The position numbers and the translations under genes were made by a program. A stretch of DNA of 32,000 bases from an uncultured Bacteroidales bacterium. Its GTDB lineage: Bacteria; Bacteroidota; Bacteroidia; Bacteroidales; F082. Below the pieces are notes generated by a model. That model saw only the letters and a list, made by a program, of their open reading frames with translations, made no database searches and was not told where the DNA came from. The stretch's first letter is position 1; each line of letters starts with the position of its first letter. Shown piece by piece: positions 1-11,016 of the stretch. Location of the stretch: the NCBI GenBank assembly GCA_937896505.1, contig CALBNP010000137.1, forward strand, positions 32,895 through 64,894. The letters run 5' to 3'.

Positions 1-207
1 CGCTAAACTCATTGTCTTTGGTAAAGATGCCAAAATATGGATGTGATCGGGACGACCACCTACCTGAATCGATACACCCTTGACATTGTGGATGATACCG
101 CCTACATAATCGAAGATACGTCCCAAATCTTCTTCGCGCATAGTGATGCTGGTGCATTTCGTGTGAAAAACGATGTGCATATATTGCTGTACTAATGTGC
201 TTGCCAT
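1..207 (-). CDS. IS200/IS605-family Y1 (HUH) transposase, N-terminal 69 codons only; the gene continues past the left window edge
   Basis: Minus-strand ATG at 207-205, frame open to nt 1: MASTLVQQYMHIVFHTKCTSITMREEDLGRIFDYVGGIIHNVKGVSIQVGGRPDHIHILASLPKTMSLA. The 'YMHIVFHTK' N-terminal strand and the 'DHIHIL' His-hydrophobic-His motif are the Y1 transposase signature. It is absent from the ORF track because it is edge-truncated. Confidence 0.8.
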   Translation of the reverse strand, partial: MASTLVQQYMHIVFHTKCTSITMREEDLGRIFDYVGGIIHNVKGVSIQVGGRPDHIHILASLPKTMSLA

Positions 208-231
208 GATGTTTGTTTGTTATTCGTGGAT

Positions 232-254
232 GGCGAAGGTTTACACCATTCGCC
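232..254 (-). repeat. Hairpin GGCGAA-N11-TTCGCC about 25 nt upstream of the transposase ATG; candidate IS200-type subterminal hairpin
   Basis: Perfect 6-bp stem ggcgaa (232-237) / ttcgcc (249-254). It overlaps the stop codon of the DUF4296-like gene. Confidence 0.3.
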
Positions 255-613
255 TATTGGCTGTCGTCCTTTCTAGACTCCATCTGTGCTTTCAGCAGAC
301 GGTTGGTAACCGAATCCATGATATTTTCCAAAGCCGTAAGATTTTGGGTGTAGTATTTTAGGTTAAAACTGAAAATACTATCGGTGATGCCATAATGTTC
401 AAATAATTGGTCGTAAAAGGCAACGGAGAGTGAATCGGTGTTCATGCCTTTTGCCCTTCGGCTATTGATGTCAGCCTCGATGATTTGCACATCAGTCATG
501 ATGTCAATCATTTGGCTTTCAGAAAGAAGCCCTTCGGGCGTAGCGTTTTTTTGTCGGTCGCACGACAACACCGACAGCATAGCTATCATACCTATGATGG
601 CTTTCCATTTCAT
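254..613 (-). CDS. Small lipoprotein, DUF4296-like
   Basis: 119-aa ORF. Signal peptide plus lipobox (MLSVLSC). The 'LLSESQMIDIMTDVQIIEA' segment resembles the DUF4296 core as I recall it. It starts 23 nt after the recQ stop on the same strand. Confidence 0.6.
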   Translation of the reverse strand: MKWKAIIGMIAMLSVLSCDRQKNATPEGLLSESQMIDIMTDVQIIEADINSRRAKGMNTDSLSVAFYDQLFEHYGITDSIFSFNLKYYTQNLTALENIMDSVTNRLLKAQMESRKDDSQ

Positions 614-635
614 GATTGCTCTATTTGTTTGAATA

Positions 636-2840
<2,205 letters not shown>

Positions 2841-2875
2841 ATATCCTCCTATTGGTATTATCCAAACTTTTGTGT

Positions 2876-2883
2876 TATTTTTG
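2876..2883 (+). promoter_or_regulatory. Candidate Bacteroidota -7 promoter box (TAnnTTTG) upstream of kdsD
   Basis: tatttttg at 2876-2883 matches TAnnTTTG exactly, 108 nt before the kdsD ATG. That distance is long, so this is tentative. Confidence 0.35.
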
Positions 2884-2990
2884 CAATCTCTATTTAAATC
2901 TTTCGTTGTTATAGCAACAATGTTGCCTTTATCATCGAAGACAAAGTTAGGGCATTTAAATCAAACGAAGCAAGAAAAATCTGCAAAAAA

Positions 2991-3956
2991 ATGAAAAAAA
3001 GTGAAGATATTCTTGAAATTGTATCTCAAATCATTGAAAACGAAGCAAATGCAATAATTGGCTTACGGTCTTTGATTGATGAAAATTTCAAGAAAATTAT
3101 TGAAATGATACTTGAAAACAAGGGTAATCTTGTTTTTTCGGGAATCGGAAAGAGCGCAATTATCGCACAAAAGATAGTTGCAACGATGAACTCAACGGGG
3201 ACGACATCGGTTTTCATGCATGCTGCTGACGCTATTCATGGCGATTTGGGTATCGTCCGTGATGGCGATATCGTAGTTATCTTGTCGAAAAGTGGCGAGA
3301 CTCCTGAGATTAAAGTGCTGGTGCCATTGATCAAGTTGCGTGGCAACAAGATTGTTGCCATTGTGGGCAATAGGCAGTCGTTTCTTGCTATGCAAGCTGA
3401 TTGCGTACTCGACGTCACTGTCCCCGATGAAGCCATGCCTAACAGTCTTGCTCCCACCTGCAGCACTACGGCGCAACTTGTCATGGGCGATGCCTTGGCG
3501 CTTACGCTGATGTATTGCCGCGGTTTCTCGATCGATGATTTCGCCAAGTTCCATCCTGGCGGTGCCCTTGGCAAGCAACTATATTTAAAGGTGAAGGACT
3601 TGTATCCTAACAACGAGAAGCCTGAAGTTGCTGTCAATGACAACCTCACTCAAGTGATTATCGAGATGACACGAAAGCGCCTTGGAGCGGCAGTCGTTAC
3701 CGATGGCGAACAGATTCTGGGCATCATCACCGATGGCGACTTGCGGCGTATGCTGATGCGCCACCCCGACATCGAGCATGTGAAGGCTAGCGAAATAATG
3801 ACCCATAACCCTAAAACGATAGATGAAGATGCCCTTGTGGTAAATGCCTTGCATCAGATGCGCTTCAACAGCATTACGCAACTGCCTGTCACGAGCAATG
3901 GACGCTATGTCGGAGTAATTCACCTACATGATATTTTAAGAGAAGGTATTTTTTAG
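2991..3956 (+). CDS. kdsD: KpsF/GutQ-family arabinose-5-phosphate isomerase (SIS domain plus 2 CBS)
   Basis: 321-aa ORF. SIS-domain motif GIGKSAIIAQKIVATMNSTG and a C-terminal tandem CBS pair. It lies next to lptB, which fits an LPS/KDO context. Confidence 0.9.
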   Translation: MKKSEDILEIVSQIIENEANAIIGLRSLIDENFKKIIEMILENKGNLVFSGIGKSAIIAQKIVATMNSTGTTSVFMHAADAIHGDLGIVRDGDIVVILSKSGETPEIKVLVPLIKLRGNKIVAIVGNRQSFLAMQADCVLDVTVPDEAMPNSLAPTCSTTAQLVMGDALALTLMYCRGFSIDDFAKFHPGGALGKQLYLKVKDLYPNNEKPEVAVNDNLTQVIIEMTRKRLGAAVVTDGEQILGIITDGDLRRMLMRHPDIEHVKASEIMTHNPKTIDEDALVVNALHQMRFNSITQLPVTSNGRYVGVIHLHDILREGIF

Positions 3957-4033
3957 TTTTTTTGTGGCAAACGGGGGGACCTTGAGCAAAGCCCAGGCGG
4001 AAACTGAGTGCCATTATTCAACATTGAGCGGAT

Positions 4034-4771
4034 ATGAAACTTTGGACTGAAGATTTGATAAAGAAATATAAGCAACGTACTGTGGTAAAAGGCGTTAGCG
4101 TTAATGTTAATCAAGGTGAAATTGTGGGTCTTCTTGGCCCCAACGGAGCTGGTAAGACGACGACATTCTATATGGTTGTGGGTCTTATCAAACCTTTTTC
4201 GGGCAAGGTATTCCTGGATGGGCAGGACATCTCTGATCAGCCCATGTATAAGCGCGCACAAATGGGAATTGGCTATTTGGCGCAAGAGGCTTCGGTGTTT
4301 CGCCAAATGAGCGTTGAAGACAACATTGCTTCAGTTATGCAGTTCAAGAAAGGTTTGACCAAGGTGCAGCAACAAGAAAAACTCGAATCCTTGCTCGACG
4401 AATTTGGCTTGCAGCATGTGCGCAAGAACAAAGGCATCCAGCTTTCAGGGGGCGAGCGCCGCCGCACCGAGATTGCCCGCGCCTTGGCGGTCGATCCCAA
4501 TTTCATTCTCCTTGACGAACCTTTCGCTGGCGTTGACCCGATTGCGGTGGAAGATATTCAGCGTATCATCTTCAAACTGAAAAAGAAAAATATCGGTGTG
4601 CTCATCACCGACCATAATGTGCACGAAACGCTTTCGATTACTGATCGCGCCTATCTTTTGTTCGATGGTTCAGTGCTGATGTCGGGAGCACCCGAACAGC
4701 TTGCTGCCGATGCCCATGTCAGGGAGGTGTATCTCGGTCAGAACTTCGTGCTTCACAAGAAAGAACTGTAG
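4034..4771 (+). CDS. lptB: LPS export ABC transporter ATP-binding protein LptB
   Basis: 245-aa ORF. Walker [13 protein letters not shown] signature LSGGERRR, Walker B ILLDEPF. Size and N-terminus are LptB-like. Confidence 0.9.
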   Translation: MKLWTEDLIKKYKQRTVVKGVSVNVNQGEIVGLLGPNGAGKTTTFYMVVGLIKPFSGKVFLDGQDISDQPMYKRAQMGIGYLAQEASVFRQMSVEDNIASVMQFKKGLTKVQQQEKLESLLDEFGLQHVRKNKGIQLSGGERRRTEIARALAVDPNFILLDEPFAGVDPIAVEDIQRIIFKLKKKNIGVLITDHNVHETLSITDRAYLLFDGSVLMSGAPEQLAADAHVREVYLGQNFVLHKKEL

Positions 4772-4776
4772 TTTTT

Positions 4777-5493
4777 TTATTCTATGTCCTTCCCCTCGAA
4801 GAAAATCGACAAGAGGATGTAGGCTATCATGATGAATGGCAGCGCCACGAAACGGAAGATGGCGAAGCTGATGACGGCCAGTGCGATGAAAATGAAGCGC
4901 ACTTCGTTGCCTTTCCATTTCAGTTTTTTCATCTTGAAGGAGAAGAATCTCAAATTGCACACCATCATAAAGGAGAAAACGAGCACGATACCGATGCAGT
5001 AGCCCAACCGAAGGCTGCCGTCGCTGAGGTGTCCGACTTGTGCCAAAGCCAAAGGCAATGATGCCACGAAAATGGCCATGCCTGGGGCTGGAATGCCGCG
5101 GAATGAAGTCTTCTGCGCGTCGTCGATATTGAATTTTGCCAAGCGGATGGCCGAGAAAACGGGCAACAAGAAAGCGATGAAGGTCAAAAGCTCGAATGGG
5201 CCAACAGGGACGATGGGGTTCCTTATCGTCTTGATCATCAGCCAATACATGATGAAACCTGGTGCGACGCCGAAAGAGACCACATCCGAGAGAGAGTCCA
5301 AATCGGCACCGATGGGCGAGTGGGCGTTCAGCAAACGTGCCGCAAAGCCATCGAAGAAATCGAAGATGCCGGCTACGAAAATCATAAGGGCAGCCTTGAC
5401 GGGCATGCCATAGATGAGAAATAGGATGGAAAGGCAACCCGAAAGCAGGTTGCAGCACGTGATGGCATTCGGAATATGTCGCTTGATGTTCAT
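4777..5493 (-). CDS. pssA: CDP-diacylglycerol--serine O-phosphatidyltransferase (CDP-alcohol phosphatidyltransferase family)
   Basis: 238-aa polytopic ORF with the DG(x2)AR(x8)G(x3)D(x3)D motif: DGFAARLLNAHSPIGADLDSLSD. Confidence 0.85.
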   Translation of the reverse strand: MNIKRHIPNAITCCNLLSGCLSILFLIYGMPVKAALMIFVAGIFDFFDGFAARLLNAHSPIGADLDSLSDVVSFGVAPGFIMYWLMIKTIRNPIVPVGPFELLTFIAFLLPVFSAIRLAKFNIDDAQKTSFRGIPAPGMAIFVASLPLALAQVGHLSDGSLRLGYCIGIVLVFSFMMVCNLRFFSFKMKKLKWKGNEVRFIFIALAVISFAIFRFVALPFIMIAYILLSIFFEGKDIE

Positions 5494-5515
5494 GTTTGTT
5501 GAGATTTTGAATGGA

Positions 5516-5523
5516 CAAAAATA
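5516..5523 (-). promoter_or_regulatory. -7 promoter box for pssA
   Basis: The reverse complement reads tatttttg (TAnnTTTG), 22 nt upstream of the pssA ATG at 5493. Confidence 0.55.
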
Positions 5524-5533
5524 CGAAAAACAT

Positions 5534-5541
5534 TATTTTTG
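5534..5541 (+). promoter_or_regulatory. -7 promoter box for the divergent hypothetical gene
   Basis: tatttttg at 5534-5541, 17 nt before the ATG at 5559. It lies inside the ORF-track 5' extension (5511), which argues for the later start. Confidence 0.55.
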
Positions 5542-5558
5542 CAGCAAAATATTTTACA

Positions 5559-6110
5559 ATGGACGATTCGGTTTATTATAGTGTCTTTGAATCGAACTTG
5601 CGCGATGAACTGGTTCGTGTGTGTTGTATGCTCAAGGCGTTGAGTGGCAACCTTTTGCGCTCTGACGATATCGATGCCAAGTGGACGGAGCTTGCCCCCG
5701 ATTATATGGCTGATGCCATGAAAGTCATCACCGATTATCCAATGGTTTCGGTGGCATGGGCTGGCTATTTGGGCATGGCCATTGCCAAGTGGTGGGACCA
5801 GGATTGGGCTACCTTCAGCCAATATCCATACGCCAGATTATTGGGTAAGCACGGCTTCGATGATATGGATGAGCATATTGTCAACGATATTCTTGGCATC
5901 AAGTTGGAAAGCGACGAGGCTAATCAGTTGGAAGAAATCATGAGGCAATGCGCCACTACAACCATCGGTTTTATCCGTCACGAAAACATTGAGCCTCAAA
6001 GCATTCGTGCTTTCTACATCTATGCCCGCTCGGTGAAGGTGATGTTCGAGATCGGAGCCGCCATCGAATTGCATCGTTTGGGTTATAAATGGAAAAATGT
6101 GATTTCGTAG
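5559..6110 (+). CDS. Hypothetical cytoplasmic protein (183 aa, Trp/acidic-rich), no family recognised
   Basis: The ORF track gives 5511-6110. The start is moved to the ATG at 5559 (MDDSVYYSVF...) because a -7 box sits at 5534-5541 and the pssA promoter occupies 5516-5523. Confidence 0.6.
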   Translation: MDDSVYYSVFESNLRDELVRVCCMLKALSGNLLRSDDIDAKWTELAPDYMADAMKVITDYPMVSVAWAGYLGMAIAKWWDQDWATFSQYPYARLLGKHGFDDMDEHIVNDILGIKLESDEANQLEEIMRQCATTTIGFIRHENIEPQSIRAFYIYARSVKVMFEIGAAIELHRLGYKWKNVIS

Positions 6111-6141
6111 GGACTGCAGTCTATGCTAAATACTTATTATT

Positions 6142-8628
6142 ATGCAGCATCAATTTTATTCTTTGAGTCAGATTTTGGAGGTCGTCGGTGGACAACTCGT
6201 TGGAAATGTCGTTGAAAAGGAAGTCTGTGATTTATTGATTGATAGCCGACAACTTGTTGCTGCCGACCAGGCTTTGTTCTTTGCGCTCGTCAGTTCGCGC
6301 AACGACGGACATAAGTACGTCAAGAGCTTATATGAAAAAGGTGTGCGCGCCTTCGTGGTTGATCATTTCCCTGATGAATCATTTCCTGAAGCGACGTTTC
6401 TTGTCGTTGACGATACTCTGAAAGCGTTGCAGACTTTGGCAGCCTATCATCGTCAGCAGTTTGATATCCCCGTGGTGGGTATCACTGGAAGTAACGGAAA
6501 AACCATTGTAAAAGAATGGCTTACGCAGTTGCTTAGTCCCGACTACAATATTGTCCGCAGCCCGAAAAGCTATAATTCGCAAGTAGGTGTACCGCTGTCG
6601 GTATGGCAGATGAATAGCCAAAACCAGTTTGCAATCTTTGAGGCGGGTATTTCCGAACCAGATGAAATGACGGCTTTGCAAGAAGTCATCAAGCCGACGA
6701 TAGGCGTTTTCACGAATATCGGTCAGGCGCATGATGAGAATTTCATCAGCCGAGTTCAGAAGGCAGGAGAGAAACTCAATCTCTTTACCAAGGCCGATAA
6801 ATTGGTATATTGCATGGATTATCCTGAGATACAGCAAGTTGTGCTTAAATCGGACATTGCTCAAAAAGTGAAGCTATTTACTTGGAGTCGCAAGTTTACT
6901 GAGGCTGATTTGTTTGTGGAGTCGGTGACGAAAAATGAGAATACTGCCGAGATGGTTTGCCGTTATCAAGATTCGCTGTTGAAGTTTTCGATTCCTTTTG
7001 CCGATGAGGCTTCCATCGAAAATGCGCTGCATTGTTATGCTTTTGGCTTGCTAATGAAGATGCAGCCAGAAACCATTGCTGAGCGGCTTCTGCATCTTAA
7101 TTCGGTGGCTATGCGTCTCGAGATAAAGGCTGGCATCAATAATTGCACGATTATCAACGACTATTACAATTCGGATGTCAATTCTTTGGCGATTGCTTTG
7201 GATGCCATGAACCAGCAGCGCCAGCACAAGAGCCACACGGTCATCTTGTCAGATATCCTCCAAAGTGGCCGCAATGAATATGATTTATATGGAGATATCG
7301 CACAACTGCTTGAAAAAAAAGATGTTGATATGCTTGTCGGAATTGGGACTTCCATTTCGAACCAGGCAAAACAATTCAAGATGGAGAGTTATTTCTTCCC
7401 GACAGTTGCCGATTTCTTGGTTCAGTTCCCTTTCTCAAAGTTCAACAATCAGGCGATTTTGCTGAAGGGTGCTCGTGCTTTCGAGTTTGAGCAAATCGGT
7501 ATGGAACTGCAAGAAAAGGCTCACGAGACGGTGCTCGAAATCAATTTCAACCATTTGGTGAGCAACCTGAACTATTATCGTTCGAAGATTAAGCCCGAAA
7601 CGAAACTGATGGTTATGGTGAAGGCGTTTGGCTATGGTAGTGGAAATCTGGAAGTCTCCAATGTTCTTCAGTTCCACAATGTTGATTATCTGACGGTTGC
7701 CTTTGCCGATGAAGGCGTCGAACTGCGCAAGGCTGGCATCAATTTGCCCATCATGGTGATGAGTCCTGAGGTGAACAGTTACGACAATATCATCAAGTAT
7801 CATCTTGAACCCGAAGTGTTCAGTTTCCGCAATTTGGACCTTATCGAGAAGGCGATGCAGAATCTTGCCTTGCCGGAGGCTCATCCGCTCAATGTGCACA
7901 TCAAGCTTGATACGGGAATGCACCGTTTGGGCTTCGCCAAGAGTGAGCTCCACGAACTCATCAAGCGTTTGCAGGCCAATCCAATGCTTCATGTGGCGAG
8001 CGTGTTCTCTCATTTGGCCACGGCCGACAATCCTGCCGAAGATGCGTTTACGATGAGCCAAATCAAATCGTTCGAGGAAGGCAGCCAGATGATTGTTGAC
8101 GCTTTCCCGTACAAGGTGTTGCGCCACATCCTCAATACTGCCGGCATCACGCGCTTCACTGAATATCAGTTCGACATGGTGCGCCTTGGCATTGGTTTGT
8201 ATGGTGTGCCCACTTGCGATGCAGACAAAGGCAACTTGCAGACGGTGGTCTCGTTGAAGACAACCATCAACCAGATAAAGGACATTCCGGCGGGCGATAG
8301 CATCGGTTACAACCGTCATGGCCATGCCGACCACAATATGCGCATTGGCATTGTCCCGATTGGCTATGCCGATGGTCTTTCGCGTTTGCTGGGCAACGGC
8401 AATGGGAAGTTCTATGTCAATGGAAATCAAGTACCCATCATCGGTGACATTTGCATGGACATGTGTATGCTCGACCTCACTGACATTGAGGCTCACGAAG
8501 GCGATACGGTGGTAGTTTTTGATGGTGAACATAGCATCAACGACATCGCAAAAGCCTGCATGACGATTCCTTACGAAATCATGACGCGCGTTTCGCAACG
8601 GGTGAAGCGAGTGTATTTCCAAGAATGA
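6142..8628 (+). CDS. murF-alr: Bifunctional UDP-N-acetylmuramoyl-tripeptide--D-alanyl-D-alanine ligase (MurF) / alanine racemase (Alr) fusion
   Basis: 828-aa ORF. The N-terminal half is a Mur ligase (P-loop GITGSNGKT). The C-terminal half (from about aa 460) is an alanine racemase with the PLP-lysine motif VMVKAFGYGSG and a C-terminal beta-domain. Confidence 0.9.
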   Translation: MQHQFYSLSQILEVVGGQLVGNVVEKEVCDLLIDSRQLVAADQALFFALVSSRNDGHKYVKSLYEKGVRAFVVDHFPDESFPEATFLVVDDTLKALQTLAAYHRQQFDIPVVGITGSNGKTIVKEWLTQLLSPDYNIVRSPKSYNSQVGVPLSVWQMNSQNQFAIFEAGISEPDEMTALQEVIKPTIGVFTNIGQAHDENFISRVQKAGEKLNLFTKADKLVYCMDYPEIQQVVLKSDIAQKVKLFTWSRKFTEADLFVESVTKNENTAEMVCRYQDSLLKFSIPFADEASIENALHCYAFGLLMKMQPETIAERLLHLNSVAMRLEIKAGINNCTIINDYYNSDVNSLAIALDAMNQQRQHKSHTVILSDILQSGRNEYDLYGDIAQLLEKKDVDMLVGIGTSISNQAKQFKMESYFFPTVADFLVQFPFSKFNNQAILLKGARAFEFEQIGMELQEKAHETVLEINFNHLVSNLNYYRSKIKPETKLMVMVKAFGYGSGNLEVSNVLQFHNVDYLTVAFADEGVELRKAGINLPIMVMSPEVNSYDNIIKYHLEPEVFSFRNLDLIEKAMQNLALPEAHPLNVHIKLDTGMHRLGFAKSELHELIKRLQANPMLHVASVFSHLATADNPAEDAFTMSQIKSFEEGSQMIVDAFPYKVLRHILNTAGITRFTEYQFDMVRLGIGLYGVPTCDADKGNLQTVVSLKTTINQIKDIPAGDSIGYNRHGHADHNMRIGIVPIGYADGLSRLLGNGNGKFYVNGNQVPIIGDICMDMCMLDLTDIEAHEGDTVVVFDGEHSINDIAKACMTIPYEIMTRVSQRVKRVYFQE

Positions 8629-8664
8629 ATTTTGAAAAAAAAGTTGTGGTTTGTATCTTTTTAC

Positions 8665-8672
8665 TAATTTTG
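8665..8672 (+). promoter_or_regulatory. -7 promoter box for the outer-membrane protein gene
   Basis: taattttg matches TAnnTTTG, 20 nt before the ATG at 8692. Confidence 0.55.
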
Positions 8673-8691
8673 CCTAATAATCCTTGATAAT

Positions 8692-9963
8692 ATGAAAAAG
8701 TTATTCCTTTTTATTGTTGCTTGTTCTGTGTGTGCTCTTGTGCAAGGACAGTCTGTCGTGGAACAAAAGGAGAAAATTGAAGATTACAACCCCGAACTCG
8801 GTTATTTCCAAAAAGCCCAAACCGATTTGGGAGACCCACGTTTCATGATTACCGACAACACCGGTAAGTTCGTATTTGGCTTGGGTGCCACGTTTCACAT
8901 GACTGGATATTTTGATTTCGCCGGTTCCATACGCGATTATACGTTCAAGCCTAGCTTGATTTCCATTCCAACCTATGAGCCTCAGCATTTGGGATTCACC
9001 ATGTCTAATACCGAGTTCCATATCAAGGCAAAGAGCTATTTGGGGAAGCATAGGTTAATAGCATATTTGCAAATCAACAACAAGGCCAAGGAATGGGGGA
9101 CCAATGATATTCGTCTCCAACAGGCCTACATCTCGTGGAACAACTTCTCGGTGGGCCGCACCTATTCGTTCTTTATGGATTTGGAGGCGGGTGCCATGAC
9201 GGTTGATATGCAAGGCGCCAATGGCGAAGTAAGCCGTACTCACTGCTTGTTTGGTTACACGCTCCCGTTCCGTGACAAGTGGACTTTTGCAGTGGCTGCC
9301 GAAGAGCCATCGTTCAATGCTGTCTCTACTGAAGAATATGGTGTTGGTGTCGATTTCCAGAAGGCTCCAGATTTGGCGATGCACCTGAAGTATAAAGGGG
9401 ATATCGGTCATGTTCAGTTGGGTGGATTGCTGCGTTTTATGGCTTACTATTCTGTAAATGTCGATGGACCTCTGGCGGGGATTAAAACATTTTACGAACC
9501 AGGTTTTGGCGTTTCGCTGAGTGGGAAAATATGTGCTACACCATGGTTGAAATTTTCTGCTCAATTCACGGGTGGAACGGGTATTAGTCCTTATATCAAT
9601 GATCTTGATGACTTGAATGTGTTTTTTGGCCTTATCAATGAGCTTAATCCCGAAGGATACCACCAATTGAGGGCGGTGCCAGTGGAAGCAGGCTATGCTT
9701 CGACTACTGTCAATTGGACTGATGCGTTGCGCAGCACATTCCTCTATGGTATTACTTATGTCAACAAGCCAAAGAATATGGCGTTGCTGAGCAATCTGAA
9801 GACTTCCCAATATTTCGCTGTCAATCTGTTCTGGCATATTTCGCAGTACCTTTTTGTTGGAGCGGAATATTTGCATGGCTACAAAACCATTTATGCAAAC
9901 GAAGGTGCTCTTGATTGCGCTCATGCCAACCGCCTTGATGCCACAGTGACTTATCGTTTCTGA
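8692..9963 (+). CDS. Outer-membrane beta-barrel protein, porin-like (possibly DcaP-like)
   Basis: 423-aa ORF. Cleavable signal peptide (MKKLFLFIVACSVCALVQGQ), alternating amphipathic strands throughout, and a C-terminal aromatic residue (..TVTYRF) typical of BAM substrates. Confidence 0.65.
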   Translation: MKKLFLFIVACSVCALVQGQSVVEQKEKIEDYNPELGYFQKAQTDLGDPRFMITDNTGKFVFGLGATFHMTGYFDFAGSIRDYTFKPSLISIPTYEPQHLGFTMSNTEFHIKAKSYLGKHRLIAYLQINNKAKEWGTNDIRLQQAYISWNNFSVGRTYSFFMDLEAGAMTVDMQGANGEVSRTHCLFGYTLPFRDKWTFAVAAEEPSFNAVSTEEYGVGVDFQKAPDLAMHLKYKGDIGHVQLGGLLRFMAYYSVNVDGPLAGIKTFYEPGFGVSLSGKICATPWLKFSAQFTGGTGISPYINDLDDLNVFFGLINELNPEGYHQLRAVPVEAGYASTTVNWTDALRSTFLYGITYVNKPKNMALLSNLKTSQYFAVNLFWHISQYLFVGAEYLHGYKTIYANEGALDCAHANRLDATVTYRF

Positions 9964-9981
9964 TATCAGTCTGACTAGACA

Positions 9982-10018
9982 AAAAGCGTTGCAAACCTTG
10001 TGGCTTGCAACGCTTTTT
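9982..10018. terminator. Bidirectional intrinsic terminator between the convergent porin gene and atpG
   Basis: 10-bp stem agcgttgcaa (9985-9994) / ttgcaacgct (10005-10014), flanked by an A-run on the left and a T-run on the right. Confidence 0.8.
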
Positions 10019-10041
10019 CGTAGCTGTCGCTTTGCAATGTC

Positions 10042-10914
10042 TTATCCGTTCAGTGCTTCGGCTCCGCCAACGATGTCAATCAACTCGTTGGTGATGACGT
10101 TTTGACGTGCCTTGTTGTACTGTATCTTCAGCTCTTGCAGCAACTCGTTGGCATTGTCGGAGGCGATGTGCATGGCGGTCATGCGAGCTCCGTGCTCGGC
10201 GGTAAAGGTGTCGAGCATGATGGAGTAGAAGTTGGTGCGCACTACCTTCGGGACCAAGTCGTTGATGAACTCTTCCTTGTTAGGTTCTACGATGTAGTCG
10301 AAGACTTGCTCTTCTGAAGCGGCTTCGGCCTTCAGGGGCAAGATGATTTCACGCTGCGGAACCTGTACACCTGCGTTCTTGAAGTGGTTGTAGATCAGTT
10401 CCACTCGGTCAACCTTATGGCTGAGGAAAAGTTCCACCATCATGTCGCTTATCTCGGCAGCGGAGTCGAAACTGGGTTTTTCGCTCATCGGCTCGTAGTA
10501 TTGTGCCACTTTGATGTCGAACTTTTTGGCAAAGTCGCTGATTTTCTTGCCCACCAAGAAGACGATGACGTTTTCAGCGCCGAGGCTTTCGGCATATTCG
10601 TCGTAGGCATGCTTGAAAAGCTTGCAGACGCTCGAGTTATAGACGCCGCACAGTCCACTGCTCGACGAGAAAGCCATCAGGGCCACTTTCTTCACTTCGC
10701 GGTGCTCCGCCAACGGGATGTTGACTTCGCCTTCCAGCGAACTGAGGTAGTTGGTCAGGGCCTCGCTGAGTTTGTTCTTGTATGGCAGGAAACGCACCGT
10801 GGTGCTCTCGGCTTTCTTTAGCTTGGCTGCCGAAACCATCTTCATCGCGGAAGTGATTTTCTGCGTGGAGCCTACCGATGTGATTCTTGCCCGTATTTCT
10901 TTTAGTGATGCCAT
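10042..10914 (-). CDS. atpG: F-type ATP synthase subunit gamma
   Basis: 290-aa ORF. N-terminus MASLKEIRARITSVGSTQKITSAMKMVSAAKLKKAE and C-terminus ITNELIDIVGGAEAL are canonical for gamma. Confidence 0.95.
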   Translation of the reverse strand: MASLKEIRARITSVGSTQKITSAMKMVSAAKLKKAESTTVRFLPYKNKLSEALTNYLSSLEGEVNIPLAEHREVKKVALMAFSSSSGLCGVYNSSVCKLFKHAYDEYAESLGAENVIVFLVGKKISDFAKKFDIKVAQYYEPMSEKPSFDSAAEISDMMVELFLSHKVDRVELIYNHFKNAGVQVPQREIILPLKAEAASEEQVFDYIVEPNKEEFINDLVPKVVRTNFYSIMLDTFTAEHGARMTAMHIASDNANELLQELKIQYNKARQNVITNELIDIVGGAEALNG

Positions 10915-11016
10915 TTTTAGTTGAGAGTATTAGGGTTGAGAGTGGAAAGATGAAAGTTATGTATCGGAAGCATCGCTTTGCGCCAACTTTCGACTTTCCG
11001 TTTTATCGTTGTCCAC
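10915..11016 (-). repeat. atpA-atpG intercistronic spacer with duplicated 9-mer gttgagagt
   Basis: gttgagagt at 10920-10928 and 10935-10943. The motif resembles, in opposite orientation, the 'attctcaat' units in the atpB-atpE spacer. Confidence 0.4.

Noticed and set aside
222-229. Shared 8-mer ccacgaat between the transposase upstream region and the GxxExxY cassette arms, as evidence that the Y1 transposase mobilises the cassette
   Set aside because: A specific 8-mer is expected about once by chance in 64 kb of two-strand sequence. A single match cannot support the link. I keep it only as an idea to test genome-wide.
7435-8622. Long antisense ORFs opposite real genes: 7435-8622 (395 aa, opposite alr), 24087-25079 (330 aa, opposite ntpB), 29093-30118 (341 aa, opposite der), 18807-19838 (343 aa, opposite the T9SS gene), 9055-9924, 4670-5533, 25861-26628 and 22532-23131
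   Set aside because: Each lies fully inside a gene with strong family motifs on the other strand. Their translations are low-complexity (rich in R, H, V, D and L) with no recognisable motifs. Codon-biased genes typically produce such stop-free antisense frames.
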